Program-made: the position numbers and the translations under genes | Shown here: one piece after another, positions 18,598 through 28,705 of the stretch | Layout of the letters: each line of letters opens with the position of its first letter | How positions within the stretch are numbered: the first letter of the stretch is position 1 | Assembly: GCA_024654445.1 (NCBI GenBank) | Contig: JANLHP010000026.1 | Span: 16,733-80,732 of the forward strand | Direction of reading: 5' to 3' | DNA: 64,000 nucleotides | Source: Candidatus Curtissbacteria bacterium | GTDB lineage: Bacteria; Patescibacteriota; Microgenomatia; Curtissbacterales; GWA2-41-24 | The notes under the pieces: model-generated | What the model saw: only the letters and a program-made list of their open reading frames with translations | Told to the model about the DNA's origin: nothing | Database searches by the model: none

Positions 18598-20133
18598 ATG
18601 ACTTTTAAGAAAATTGCTGTTTTTTTGCTGGTTTTTATAGCTTCGGCGTCACTGCTGATTCTTGGTATCAAGGGTAAAAGTGGAGACCCAGTTTTTTATC
18701 AATCAGAAGTCCAAACAGATAAAAATATTGGAGGCCCATTTGAATCTTCCAGCAGCAATTCTAGGTTTGCACTTGTAGAATCAATCGCAAAAGAAAGAAC
18801 CTTCTTCTTCAACGAGGAGAGAGCCTATTTTGCGGCGCCCGACCTAGTTTCTTATAACGGTACTTTCTTTTCTATTTTTACACCTGGAGTCTCTTTTCTT
18901 GGAGTACCTCTGTACCTGCTGGGAGCAAAAATCGGCTTTGCCCAGCTTGCGACATATTCTCTCAACATAATAGCAGGACTCTTGAATATATTTTTAGTCT
19001 ACAAGCTATCAAGAAAATTAGGCGCCGGGGCTTACAGCTCATTATTCTCAGGGACAGCATTTGTCTTTGCGACCCACGCCCTTGTATACGCCTTTACCTT
19101 AAGCCAGCACCACATTAGTACTGCCTTAATCTTATTTGCAATTCTAAACGCTATAGGTAAAAGAACTTTAGTAAAAGACATAACACTTGGTGCTGCTTTT
19201 GGATTAGGAATATTGATGGATATTCCTAATGTTTTCATGATGGCGCCAGTCATTCTTTATGCCTTCTCAAGAAGTATCAAGGTAGAAGACTTAGGAGAGA
19301 AAACAAAACTAGTAGTTAAACTAACAGTTTTGAGTTTCCTAATAGGCGTGATTCCTTTTCTGGCAACTTTTAGCTGGTATAACTACAAACTTACTGGCTC
19401 ATACCTCAAAATAGGCCAACTTATAGGCAGATCCGACTTTCCTGTAAAGGAAGAAAACAAAGCAACGCTAGTAATAGATCAAGAATCAAGCGAGCTGAGG
19501 TTATTAGAAGTGCCGTTTAACCCAAGAAGAATGTTGGAAGGCTTACCTCTTCTTATTGCAAGCAATGAAAGAGGAATACTCTTTTATAGCCCAATCACGG
19601 CATTTGGAATAGCCGGCCTTATCCTGGCAGTCAAATCCAAAAATCAACAACAGAAAACAGCAAGTACACTTGCAAGTTCCGTCATTTTTTCAAACCTTCT
19701 AATTTACGGTATGTTTGGTGATCCTTGGGGTGGTTGGTCTTTTGGCCCTAGGTATCTGGTTCCAACAGCAGCAATTCTTTGTGCTGGAATTGGCCCAATA
19801 ATTGAAAGATTTAAAAGAAAAATTATTTTTCTTATACTTTTGGCGCTCATTACTACCTACAGCATCTTTGTTAATACCCTCGGAGCGCTAACTTCTACAC
19901 AAGTACCCCCTAAGGTTGAAGCACAAGCCTTGCAAAATCCAATACCTCATACATATATTTACAATTGGCATCTCACTGAAAATAAATTCTCAGGCTCCTT
20001 AATCTACAATCTCTATTTTTCAAATATAATCCCAGCTCAAATTTATTTACTTCTGTTCTCCAGCCTATCCCTATTTTTTATGGTTTTAATATTTTCTGCA
20101 GCATATAAAGAAAAACCTATCATAGACAAATGA
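18598..20133 (+). CDS. Multi-TM GT-C-type membrane glycosyltransferase
   Basis: About 11 TMs, large first external loop, WGGWSFGPRYL motif typical of GT-C/PMT-like proteins. Confidence 0.7.
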   Translation: MTFKKIAVFLLVFIASASLLILGIKGKSGDPVFYQSEVQTDKNIGGPFESSSSNSRFALVESIAKERTFFFNEERAYFAAPDLVSYNGTFFSIFTPGVSFLGVPLYLLGAKIGFAQLATYSLNIIAGLLNIFLVYKLSRKLGAGAYSSLFSGTAFVFATHALVYAFTLSQHHISTALILFAILNAIGKRTLVKDITLGAAFGLGILMDIPNVFMMAPVILYAFSRSIKVEDLGEKTKLVVKLTVLSFLIGVIPFLATFSWYNYKLTGSYLKIGQLIGRSDFPVKEENKATLVIDQESSELRLLEVPFNPRRMLEGLPLLIASNERGILFYSPITAFGIAGLILAVKSKNQQQKTASTLASSVIFSNLLIYGMFGDPWGGWSFGPRYLVPTAAILCAGIGPIIERFKRKIIFLILLALITTYSIFVNTLGALTSTQVPPKVEAQALQNPIPHTYIYNWHLTENKFSGSLIYNLYFSNIIPAQIYLLLFSSLSLFFMVLIFSAAYKEKPIIDK

Positions 20134-21740
20134 CAATTAACATACAACTCAACAAACAAAGATTTCAAAAGGTTAAATCATTTTTAATCGAGAAAGACCT
20201 ACTTTTTATAACTATTTTTCTGACGGTAGCTGCCATCATTAGTTTTTTTATCTTTTACACAAGCGGCTTGGCGCTTGCGTACAACGACGCAAGGTCGCAT
20301 TTGGATATAGGCCGTAGAGTCGTAGAAGGCTTAAAACCTGGTATCGCTCAACTGGGATCAGTTTGGTTGCCCCTTCCTCACGTTCTAATGGTTCCGACTA
20401 TTTGGAACGATTTTATGTGGCACACCGGCCTTTCAGGCGCACTCATTTCGATGTTGTCTTTTGTGGGAACGGGAGTTCTTATTTATCTTATTTTAAAAAA
20501 TTTAAATGTAGGACCTTTAGGGAGAATTATCGCTGTTTTAATTTTTGCACTCAACATCAACATTTTGTATTTGCAATCAACTGCGATGACCGAACTCCTC
20601 TTGATATTCACAATGACAGCCGCAGTCTACGATCTCATGCAATGGGCAAAAACAGAAAGAATCGTATACGTAATAAGGTCATCTTTTTGGATAATGCTCT
20701 CAACTCTTGTTCGATATGACGGTTGGTTTCTCCTCATCTTCAGCGCTTTTATTATTGCAATTTTGCTTATAAAAAGTAGGGGATATAAAGTCACAGAAGG
20801 AACATTGATACTTTTTCTGACTCTGGGTGGATTCGGTATATTCCTTTGGGTTGTTTGGAATCTTCTTATTTTTGGAGATCCCTTATATTTCGCTTTCGGT
20901 CCTTTTTCCGCTAGAGCCCAGCAATCACAGCTTGAAGAAGCGGGAGTCCTTTCCACCAAAGGAAACATACTCTTCTCATTAAAAATGTACCTTTACGCGA
21001 TGGTTTACAACACCGGCGCATTCCAGGCAATTACAGGATTTGTAGGAGCCATCGTTTTATGGATGGATAAAAACACAAAGACGAGTGTACGAATAGCAAG
21101 CAGTGCATTAATGGCACCATTTCTTTTTAACGTCCTTGCTTTGTTCATGGGACATTCAGTCCTCTTCATTCAGGGTCTTTCGGGAAATACTTGGTTTAAC
21201 GTCAGGTATGGCGCAATGATGATTCCGACCGTGGCCGTGTTCACCGGGTATTTAATTTCCAAAGTCAAAGGTTTGAGGTATACTATCGCTGGACTATTTA
21301 TTGCTGTAACGTTTTTTGCTTTCGCAAATGTGGATGCGGTAACCATAGATGATGCGAGAGTTGGAAGCAGTCAGAAAAACGTCTCCGAAGTTAGTAGTTG
21401 GCTAAAACAAAATACCGAAGACGAGCCCGGCTTCATCTTGATATCGGCAGCTTCGCACGATGCCATAATTTTTTCCTCAGGTCTTCCAATGAAGAAATAT
21501 ATACATGAGGGAACCGGAGCTTACTGGGAAAGCGCAACCACATCTCCCGACAGGTGGGCAAAATGGATAGTGATGAGGACAAACGACACTAACGATTTGG
21601 CATTTAAATTGACACAAGAATCTGGACAGCTCGAAAAATATAACAAAGTCCAAAGTTTCCCGTTTGCAGACATTTACGAACTCAAGCGAGAGTATTGGCA
21701 ACAAGTAAATACAACACCAACATTAGGCAAACAAAAATGA
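20130..21740 (+). CDS. GT-C (ArnT/PMT-like) membrane glycosyltransferase
   Basis: YNDARSHL acidic first loop, WLPLPH, AMTE, LVRYDGW, NVRYG; TM domain plus soluble C-terminal domain. Confidence 0.75.
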   Translation: MTINIQLNKQRFQKVKSFLIEKDLLFITIFLTVAAIISFFIFYTSGLALAYNDARSHLDIGRRVVEGLKPGIAQLGSVWLPLPHVLMVPTIWNDFMWHTGLSGALISMLSFVGTGVLIYLILKNLNVGPLGRIIAVLIFALNINILYLQSTAMTELLLIFTMTAAVYDLMQWAKTERIVYVIRSSFWIMLSTLVRYDGWFLLIFSAFIIAILLIKSRGYKVTEGTLILFLTLGGFGIFLWVVWNLLIFGDPLYFAFGPFSARAQQSQLEEAGVLSTKGNILFSLKMYLYAMVYNTGAFQAITGFVGAIVLWMDKNTKTSVRIASSALMAPFLFNVLALFMGHSVLFIQGLSGNTWFNVRYGAMMIPTVAVFTGYLISKVKGLRYTIAGLFIAVTFFAFANVDAVTIDDARVGSSQKNVSEVSSWLKQNTEDEPGFILISAASHDAIIFSSGLPMKKYIHEGTGAYWESATTSPDRWAKWIVMRTNDTNDLAFKLTQESGQLEKYNKVQSFPFADIYELKREYWQQVNTTPTLGKQK

Positions 21741-22732
21741 AAAAAATAATTTTAATTATTGTAGTTTTGTTATCAGCAATGTTTATATTTAAACTTGCCG
21801 ACAAAAAAAGCAGTTTACCAACTTCTCCTCAAGTAAATAAAAGAATCTGGGAGATAAAATCAATCGATACGATGAAGTATTCCAGAGATCTTTCCGCAGA
21901 AAAGCTTAACGACCCGACATTCAACAACCACATCGATGCCCACATAAAAATTATCAAAGATACCGGAGCAACACATGTTGCAATTGCCACCCCCTACGAC
22001 GATAGATTCAACTCGGTTCTAAGACGTTGGGTATCGGTTGCAAGAAAATACGACCTCAACATCTGGTTCCGTGGCAATTTTTCCGGATGGGAGGGGTGGT
22101 TTGGTGAAGGCAGGAATAGTATTACGAGAGATCAACACTTGAGTATGACCAGGTCTTTTATCAAAAACAATGCGGATTTATTTAAAGATGGTGACGTGTT
22201 TAGTCCTTGCCCCGAATGTGAAAATGGCGGTCCCGGTGACCCCAGGTTCCAAACGAATGTTGCCGACTACAGAAAATTCTTAATCGCAGAACGAAACGCC
22301 TCCCTCGAGGAGTTCAAGAGTATTGATAAAGACATTACTGTTCTAGATTCTATGAATTTTGATGTCGCAAAACTCATAATGGACAAAGAAACAGCACAAG
22401 CGATGGGCAACATCATAGTTATAGATCATTATGTAGAATCGCCCGAAAGGTTAGCGCGGGATATAGACGAACTTCATAAAACTACCGGTGCCAAAGTTTT
22501 CTTGGGTGAATTTGGAGCGCCTATTCCAGATATACACGGAAACTTAACAGAAGAAGAGCAGGCACAATGGATCGAGCAGGCACTAAACCTAATTAGGAAT
22601 AAACAGCATTTAATAGGCTTAAATTACTGGGTGGCGATTGGGGGATCAACCGCGATATACAACGAAGAATTAGCGCCAAAACCTGCAGCAGAGATATTAA
22701 AGAAATTTTTTAAGCTAGATAGTCTTAACTAG
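21737..22732 (+). CDS. Membrane-anchored glycoside hydrolase, clan GH-A-like TIM barrel
   Basis: N-terminal signal/anchor MKKIILIIVVLL; GATHVAI, PECEN (candidate acid/base), IDHY, VFLGEFG (nucleophile), GLNYW. Start reassigned to ATG 21737. Confidence 0.62.
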   Translation: MKKIILIIVVLLSAMFIFKLADKKSSLPTSPQVNKRIWEIKSIDTMKYSRDLSAEKLNDPTFNNHIDAHIKIIKDTGATHVAIATPYDDRFNSVLRRWVSVARKYDLNIWFRGNFSGWEGWFGEGRNSITRDQHLSMTRSFIKNNADLFKDGDVFSPCPECENGGPGDPRFQTNVADYRKFLIAERNASLEEFKSIDKDITVLDSMNFDVAKLIMDKETAQAMGNIIVIDHYVESPERLARDIDELHKTTGAKVFLGEFGAPIPDIHGNLTEEEQAQWIEQALNLIRNKQHLIGLNYWVAIGGSTAIYNEELAPKPAAEILKKFFKLDSLN

Positions 22733-22887
22733 CTCTACATAATATAAGAAAGTATCTTCAATATTTCCTTACGAATTAGGTTGAAGCTAAAAGAGTAATT
22801 AAGATAAATCAGCAGATTCGCCTTGACACAATTCAATCGTCAGGAAAATGATTTAGCGATTCGAATCAGTAAAGCAAAAACTAACAA

Positions 22888-23146
22888 GTGTCATTCTCGC
22901 GAAAGCGAGAGTCTGATCCTCAATATACAGAGCCCCTTCAACAATTCAGGGCCATGGCATGCGGTCCTCGCCCTTCGGGCTGCTGGCTGTGTATATTCCT
23001 CATCAGCTGGAAGCTGACGCTGCCTGCTGATATATCTTCCTTTTGTAAAAAAACAAAAGCGACATATATATCTTCCTCGCTTCGCGAGCGATATTTTCTT
23101 TTCAGAAAAGTAGATTGTCCGAAGGGCAAGGCTGATATATAATAAA
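22888..23146. repeat. Cluster of REP-like palindromic elements from several families in the rmlA upstream region
   Basis: GTCATTCTCGC-GAAA-GCGAGAGTC hairpin; reverse family-B copy TGCGGTCCTCGCCCTTCGGGCTGCTGGCT (22960-22988); family-C GTGTATA..CATCAG..GCTGATATA; repeated ATATATCTTCC followed by short hairpins. Confidence 0.7.
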
Positions 23147-23153
23147 CAGATCA

Positions 23154-23906
23154 ATGAAAGGTGTAATTTTAGCAGGCGGCTTAGGCACAAGGCTTTACCC
23201 ACTCACCCACGCAACGAACAAGCATTTGCTCCCCGTCTTTGACCAGCCGATGGTCTATTATCCAATTCAAACTCTCGTTAGTGCGGGAATAACAGATATT
23301 CTTGTTGTCATTGGTGGCCCTCACGCGGGAGATTTTATTAGAGTTCTACAAAACGGAAAGGATTTCGGGATTCGTCACCTGGAATACGCGTACCAAAATA
23401 GCGGCGATGGGGGAATAGCTGATGCCTTAAGGCTAGCGCAAGATTTTGCTGACAAAGATTCAATCACTGTCATACTTGGAGATAACTGCACAGATACGGA
23501 TATTTCAAAAGAAGTTCAAGATTTCAAAGAAGGCGCTGTAGTTTTCTTAAAAGAAGTTCCAGATCCAGAAAGGTTTGGTATCGCAGAGCTTTCAAAAGAC
23601 AAGTCCGCTGTTCTTGGAATTGAAGAAAAACCTAAAAATCCAAAAAGCAATCTTGCGGTAACCGGTCTTTACATCTATGATTCCGAAGTTTTTCATCATA
23701 TTAAAAACATTAAACCATCTACAAGGGGACAGCTGGAAATAACAGACGTCAACAACATATATATAAAGGAAGGTACTCTCCGTTGGGCAGAGTTAAAAGG
23801 ATTTTGGTCCGATGCGGGTACTTTTGACAGTCTTTACAAAACAAATGTATTCTGGGCCAGGAAAAGCCTAGGTAAAAAAGAGGAAAAGGAACTCACAGAT
23901 TTTTAG
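23154..23906 (+). CDS. rmlA: Glucose-1-phosphate thymidylyltransferase (short form)
   Basis: GVILAGGLGTRLYPLT..NKHLLPV, LGDN, EEKP, RGQLEITD, WSDAGT. Confidence 0.92.
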   Translation: MKGVILAGGLGTRLYPLTHATNKHLLPVFDQPMVYYPIQTLVSAGITDILVVIGGPHAGDFIRVLQNGKDFGIRHLEYAYQNSGDGGIADALRLAQDFADKDSITVILGDNCTDTDISKEVQDFKEGAVVFLKEVPDPERFGIAELSKDKSAVLGIEEKPKNPKSNLAVTGLYIYDSEVFHHIKNIKPSTRGQLEITDVNNIYIKEGTLRWAELKGFWSDAGTFDSLYKTNVFWARKSLGKKEEKELTDF

Positions 23907-23910
23907 TCGA

Positions 23911-23983
23911 AATAAGTTAATTGGTTGACTAAGTTAATTGAGTTAACTTTACTAACCGATCAACTTAATTAACTTAATTAACT
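23911..23983. repeat. AT-rich imperfect inverted repeat built of 8-9-nt units, filling the rmlA-rmlB spacer
   Basis: Left arm AATAAGTT-AATTGGTT-GACTAAGTT-AATTGAGTT; right arm AACTTAATT-AACTTAATT-AACT abutting the rmlB ATG. Confidence 0.75.
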
Positions 23984-24994
23984 ATGAAAATCTTAGTCAC
24001 AGGCGGAGCCGGATTCATCGGTGCCAACTTCATACTTTACTGGCTTAAAAACCACCCTCAAGACGAAATAATAAACTACGATAAGCTTACTTATTCAGGC
24101 AATCTAGAAAACTTAGAAGACGTTGAAAACTCCCCTAATTACAAATTCGTAAAAGGCGATATTGGAGACGCATCCCAAATCAGAGAAGCCCTCGAAGGCG
24201 TAGATACTCTTGTTAATTTCGCGGCAGAAAGCCACGTTGATAGATCTATACTTGATCCTTCACCATTCATCATTACAAACGTAGTCGGCACACAGGTTCT
24301 TTTAGACGCCGCATTGGACGCTAAAATTAAAAGGTTCCATCATATTTCTACAGATGAAGTCTTTGGCGCTTTAGAACTTGATACAGAGGAAAAGTTTACG
24401 GAGGAAACACTCTATAATCCCCGCAGCCCTTACGCAGCTTCCAAGGCTGCATCCGACCACCTTGTAAGAGCTTACCACTACACGTACGACCTGCCAATAA
24501 CAATAACAAATTGTGCAAACAATTTTGGCCCCTACCATTATCCAGAAAAATTTATTCCTCTTGCCATCACAAATCTACTTGAAGGCAAAAAAGTGCCAGT
24601 CTATGGCGACGGTCTTTATGTCAGAGAGTGGCTTTATGTTGAAGACCACTGTAGCGGCATAGAAAAAGTTCTAGAAGACGGGAAAATTGGTGAAACTTAT
24701 TGTATTGGAATAGATATGGATATTCCCAATATAGAAGTAATAAAAAAGATCCTAAAAATCCTAAATATGAAAGACGACATGATAGAGTATGTAAAGGACA
24801 GGCCTGGACATGATAGAAGATACGCGATAGACGCAACCAAAATAAAAAAAGAACTTGGGTGGGAAGCTAAATATACTTTTGAAAAAGCCCTCGAACTTAC
24901 CGTAAAGTGGTTCCAGGAACACGAACAGTGGTGGAAAAAGCTCAAGGATAAAAATTTCGAAGATTATTACAACAAACAATATAAAACAAGATGA
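23984..24994 (+). CDS. rmlB: dTDP-glucose 4,6-dehydratase
   Basis: TGGAGFIG, DKLTYSGN, AAESHVDRSI, STDEV, PYAASKA, DRPGHDRRYAID. Confidence 0.96.
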   Translation: MKILVTGGAGFIGANFILYWLKNHPQDEIINYDKLTYSGNLENLEDVENSPNYKFVKGDIGDASQIREALEGVDTLVNFAAESHVDRSILDPSPFIITNVVGTQVLLDAALDAKIKRFHHISTDEVFGALELDTEEKFTEETLYNPRSPYAASKAASDHLVRAYHYTYDLPITITNCANNFGPYHYPEKFIPLAITNLLEGKKVPVYGDGLYVREWLYVEDHCSGIEKVLEDGKIGETYCIGIDMDIPNIEVIKKILKILNMKDDMIEYVKDRPGHDRRYAIDATKIKKELGWEAKYTFEKALELTVKWFQEHEQWWKKLKDKNFEDYYNKQYKTR

Positions 24995-25512
24995 ATTTTA
25001 AGTACTTAGACACAGAAAATCAGGAAGGTCTAATAGATGGAGTTATTCTCAGAAAGTTAATAATCCACAAAGATGAATCAGGAAGCCTTGTAGAGACGAT
25101 GAGGCGTGACTGGCAAGACGTTTTAGACGAAAAGGAAATGCCATTTGCAATGCAATACATGTCAATTACGCCACCTGGCTTGGCTCGTGACGAAAACCAA
25201 TGGCATGTTCACAAACATCAATTTGACCGCTTTATTTGCGCTTCGGGCAAAATTGTAACTGCTATTTATGACTCGAGAGAAAATTCTAAAACAAAAGACA
25301 AATTGAACCTTTTTATTATGAGTCCACAAAAAGATGAAGAAATGTTTATGGTAGTGATACCTAAAGAAACTTACCACGGATTTATGGTAGTTTCAAAAGA
25401 AAATGGTTATCTTCTCAACTTTCCTACCAAACTTTACAACCCTGAAGACGAGGGCCGTATACCAAATAACCAATTTGACTGGAACAAAGTCAGAGAGGAT
25501 TTTGGACTTTGA
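24991..25512 (+). CDS. rmlC: dTDP-4-dehydrorhamnose 3,5-epimerase family cupin
   Basis: Cupin with WHVH and YHGF; between rmlB and rmlD. Confidence 0.8.
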   Translation: MNFKYLDTENQEGLIDGVILRKLIIHKDESGSLVETMRRDWQDVLDEKEMPFAMQYMSITPPGLARDENQWHVHKHQFDRFICASGKIVTAIYDSRENSKTKDKLNLFIMSPQKDEEMFMVVIPKETYHGFMVVSKENGYLLNFPTKLYNPEDEGRIPNNQFDWNKVREDFGL

Positions 25513-26408
25513 TGAAAGTAGCGATAATTGGCTCAGGTTCCATGATAGCTTCTCAAGTGTCTGAAGATTTAGAGAAAGAGCAAGTAGAGTTAATTAAAGG
25601 GGATCTCAATCAAGATATTAAAATCGATATAACCAATCAAAGCTCAGTCGATTCATTTTTTAAAAACAACCATTTCCAAACTGTAATTTTATTTGCTGCC
25701 TTCACGGATGTAAACGGCGCGGAAGAGCAAAGAAATGATAAAGGCGGCATCTGTTGGAAAATTAACGTTGAAGGGACATCAAATATAGTCAATGCTTGCA
25801 AAAAATACAATAAAAAATTAATTTTCTTTTCTACCGACTTTATTTTCGACGGTAAAAATGGTCCATACGATGAAAAAGAAACTCCGGAGGATAACTTTGA
25901 CGATATCTCCTGGTATGGTATTACTAAAATCGAGGGAGAAAAAATTATCAAAGACTTGCTCGAAGACTTTATAATTTTGAGGATCACTTACCCTTACAGT
26001 CCACGCTCTGAAGGAAAGGGAAACATGCTTACACGACTTATCAATCTCTATAAATCTGGAGAGATGTATCCTCTCTACTTTGATCAACATACAACACCGA
26101 CTTACATTCCTGATATTCCAAAAGCAATCAAAATCTTGTTAGATAAAAATCAAAAAGGAGTATTCCACGTCGCCAGCCCATCCCTTGTCAGCCAATTCGA
26201 TTTTGCAAAATACGCCACAGAATTATCAGGAATATCTGGCCCTAAACAACTAACCCAAAAATCAATATTTTCAGACTTTAAAAATAAAGAATTTGCAAAA
26301 AGACCTGTTTTAGGCGGACTAAAAGTTAGCAAAATAAGGAAATTAGGTTTCTACCCAACAGATTGGAAACAAGGCCTTGAAAAAATATTTAAGGAATCTC
26401 AAAATTAA
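25512..26408 (+). CDS. rmlD: dTDP-4-dehydrorhamnose reductase family SDR
   Basis: AAFTDVNGAE, STDFIFDG, YGITK, DQ..TPTY, RP; follows rmlC. Confidence 0.87.
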   Translation: MKVAIIGSGSMIASQVSEDLEKEQVELIKGDLNQDIKIDITNQSSVDSFFKNNHFQTVILFAAFTDVNGAEEQRNDKGGICWKINVEGTSNIVNACKKYNKKLIFFSTDFIFDGKNGPYDEKETPEDNFDDISWYGITKIEGEKIIKDLLEDFIILRITYPYSPRSEGKGNMLTRLINLYKSGEMYPLYFDQHTTPTYIPDIPKAIKILLDKNQKGVFHVASPSLVSQFDFAKYATELSGISGPKQLTQKSIFSDFKNKEFAKRPVLGGLKVSKIRKLGFYPTDWKQGLEKIFKESQN

Positions 26409-26417
26409 CAAAGAGTT

Positions 26418-27719
26418 ATGACTATAACAATCGTCGGTGCAGGATATGTAGGATTGGTTACCGCAGCGGTTTTTTCGGAACTCGGGAACAAAGTTTATTG
26501 TATAGATATTGACCAAAAAAGGATCGAAGGTCTTAAAAGGGGAAAGGTACCTTTCTTTGAACCATCATTGCCTGATTACATCAAAAGGAACATAGACGCC
26601 AAAAGATTATTTTTTACAACTAGCTATAAAGATTCAGTTCCAAAATCAAGTATAGTTCTAATCTGCGTAGGGACACCGCCAAAAGAGAATGGCGAAGCAG
26701 ACCTGTCGTTTCTGTTCAGTTCGGTGGAAGAAACAGCCAAAAACCTTTCTGGCTACACCCTTATTACAATTAAAAGCACCGTTCCCATCGGTTTTGAAGG
26801 GGAATTAGAAGCTACCGTAAAGAAACACGCAAACGCCAGATTTGAATTCGCCTCTTCTCCGGAATTCTTAAGAGAAGGTAGCGCGATAGAGGACACGCTT
26901 CACCCAGACAGAATTGTCATTGGAACGTCGAGTCAAAAAGCTCAAAGATTACTCCTTGAATTACACGCGCCAATTTCTGGTGAAAGAATAGTATGTGACA
27001 TGCGCAGTGCGCAGCTTATTAAATACGCGTCTAACTCTTTCCTTGCTACTAAAATTTCTTTTGCAAACGCTGTCAGTGTTCTCTGTGAAGCAATGGGGGC
27101 CAACGTTGAGAAAGTTATGGAAGGAGTAGGCATGGACAAAAGGATTGGTCGTGCCTTCCTATATCCTGGAGTTGGTTACGGCGGCTCTTGTCTGCCAAAA
27201 GATGTTTTGGCCTTTATCGCTATTGCTAAAAGTTTCGGATACCAATTCGACCTTTTAAAGGCCGTTGACACTATAAATGCGGGACAAATAGAAATGTTTG
27301 TTAATAAAATTGTAGGAGCCGTTTCAAAAGAAAAAGGGTCTAGGAGCCTCGAGGGTATAACTTTGGGAATTCTGGGTCTTGCCTTTAAACCTAATACAGA
27401 CGATATGAGAGAAGCTCCATCTGTAAAAATTATTAAAAAACTCCAAGAATTAGGTGCAAAAGTAACTGCGTACGATCCAGAGGCAGAAGATGCTGCGAAG
27501 AGAATACTTCCCGAACTTAATTACGCGAAAGACGAATATGCCGCTGCGAAAGGGAATGACGCATTAATAATTGTGACCGAATGGCCGCAATTTCGAGAGA
27601 TCGATCTCGAAAGAATAAAAAAACTTCTCAAGGCGCCGGTTATTATAGACGGTAGAAACCTGCTCGATGAAAATAAAGTAAGAAACGCTGGTTTCAAGTA
27701 CGAAGACATTGGCAGATGA
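26418..27719 (+). CDS. ugd: UDP-glucose 6-dehydrogenase
   Basis: GAGYVGL, CVGTP, KSTVP, PEFLREG, GYGGSCLPKD, LAFKPNTDDMREAP. Confidence 0.93.
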   Translation: MTITIVGAGYVGLVTAAVFSELGNKVYCIDIDQKRIEGLKRGKVPFFEPSLPDYIKRNIDAKRLFFTTSYKDSVPKSSIVLICVGTPPKENGEADLSFLFSSVEETAKNLSGYTLITIKSTVPIGFEGELEATVKKHANARFEFASSPEFLREGSAIEDTLHPDRIVIGTSSQKAQRLLLELHAPISGERIVCDMRSAQLIKYASNSFLATKISFANAVSVLCEAMGANVEKVMEGVGMDKRIGRAFLYPGVGYGGSCLPKDVLAFIAIAKSFGYQFDLLKAVDTINAGQIEMFVNKIVGAVSKEKGSRSLEGITLGILGLAFKPNTDDMREAPSVKIIKKLQELGAKVTAYDPEAEDAAKRILPELNYAKDEYAAAKGNDALIIVTEWPQFREIDLERIKKLLKAPVIIDGRNLLDENKVRNAGFKYEDIGR

Positions 27720-28705
27720 AAAAAGCGCTAATAACAGGAATCGCAGGTTTTGCTGGAAGTCACTTAGCAGAACTTCTGTTATCTGAAAAATTTGATGTCT
27801 ACGGTTTTTACCATCCGCAGCACTCCACGGAAAATTTAAGATCTATAAAAGACAGTATAAACTTAATAGACTGCGATATCCTAAAAGCAAAATCTACACA
27901 GGAAAAAGTTTTAAAGATTAATCCTGACTTCGTTTTCCATCTCGCCGCTTTTTCGTCGCCCCCCAAAAGCTTTGAAAACCCCGCAGAAACCCTAAATAAC
28001 AACATCGTCGGCCAAATCAATTTGCTTGAGGCACTAGTTAAAATTAAATCAAAAGCAAAAATATTAATTATTGGCTCGTCCGACGAATACGGAATCGTTG
28101 AAGAGAAATATTTGCCAGTCAACGAAGAAACTCCTCTTGCGCCTCTTTCTCCATATGCAGTCTCAAAAATTGCCCAGGACATGCTAGGCTTGCAATATTT
28201 TCTTCATAATAAGCTAAACATCGTAAGGATTCGTCCGTTCAATCATATCGGTCCCCGACAATCGCTCGATTTTGTCGTCCCTTCTTTTGCTTCTCAAATA
28301 GCACAAGTCGAAAAAAAAGGGAAAGGAGTTATGAAGGTCGGCAATCTCGAAAGCTCAAAAGATTTCACAGACGTTAGAGATATGGTTTCAGCTTACCTAC
28401 TCGCTCTCGAGAAAGGAAAAGTGGGAGAAGTTTACAATATAGGTTCAGGCAAAGCCGTCAAAATAAAAGAGATTCTAGACATTCTAATCTCCCTCTCAAC
28501 GGCAACGATAGAAGTAAAACAGGAAAAGAGCAGAGTCAGATCAACAGATTTTAAAACAGTTTACGCTGATTATTCCAAATTCAAAAAAGATACAGGTTGG
28601 CAACCAAGGACTCCACTTTTAAAAACACTTTCTGATACAATTGAATACGAGAGAATTAAGCTCGAAGCGCGAAATTCGAAATCCGAAACAAACCCGAATG
28701 TCTGA
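27716..28705 (+). CDS. GDP-4-keto-6-deoxy-D-mannose reductase (Rmd)-like SDR
   Basis: TGIAGFAGSHL, SSDEYG, PYAVSK, RPFNHIGPRQ, VGNL..KDFTDVRD; adjacent to gmd. Confidence 0.75.
   Translation: MKKALITGIAGFAGSHLAELLLSEKFDVYGFYHPQHSTENLRSIKDSINLIDCDILKAKSTQEKVLKINPDFVFHLAAFSSPPKSFENPAETLNNNIVGQINLLEALVKIKSKAKILIIGSSDEYGIVEEKYLPVNEETPLAPLSPYAVSKIAQDMLGLQYFLHNKLNIVRIRPFNHIGPRQSLDFVVPSFASQIAQVEKKGKGVMKVGNLESSKDFTDVRDMVSAYLLALEKGKVGEVYNIGSGKAVKIKEILDILISLSTATIEVKQEKSRVRSTDFKTVYADYSKFKKDTGWQPRTPLLKTLSDTIEYERIKLEARNSKSETNPNV

Noticed and set aside
22989-23146. Possible CRISPR array (recurring ATATATCTTCC with spacers)
   Set aside because: Repeats are only about 11 nt, irregularly spaced, and the spacers are themselves hairpins; no cas genes in the window.
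22823-23202. Four short overlapping ORFs (64-103 aa) in the GH-rmlA intergenic region
   Set aside because: They run across palindromic repeats on both strands and have no recognisable motifs; best explained as chance ORFs.
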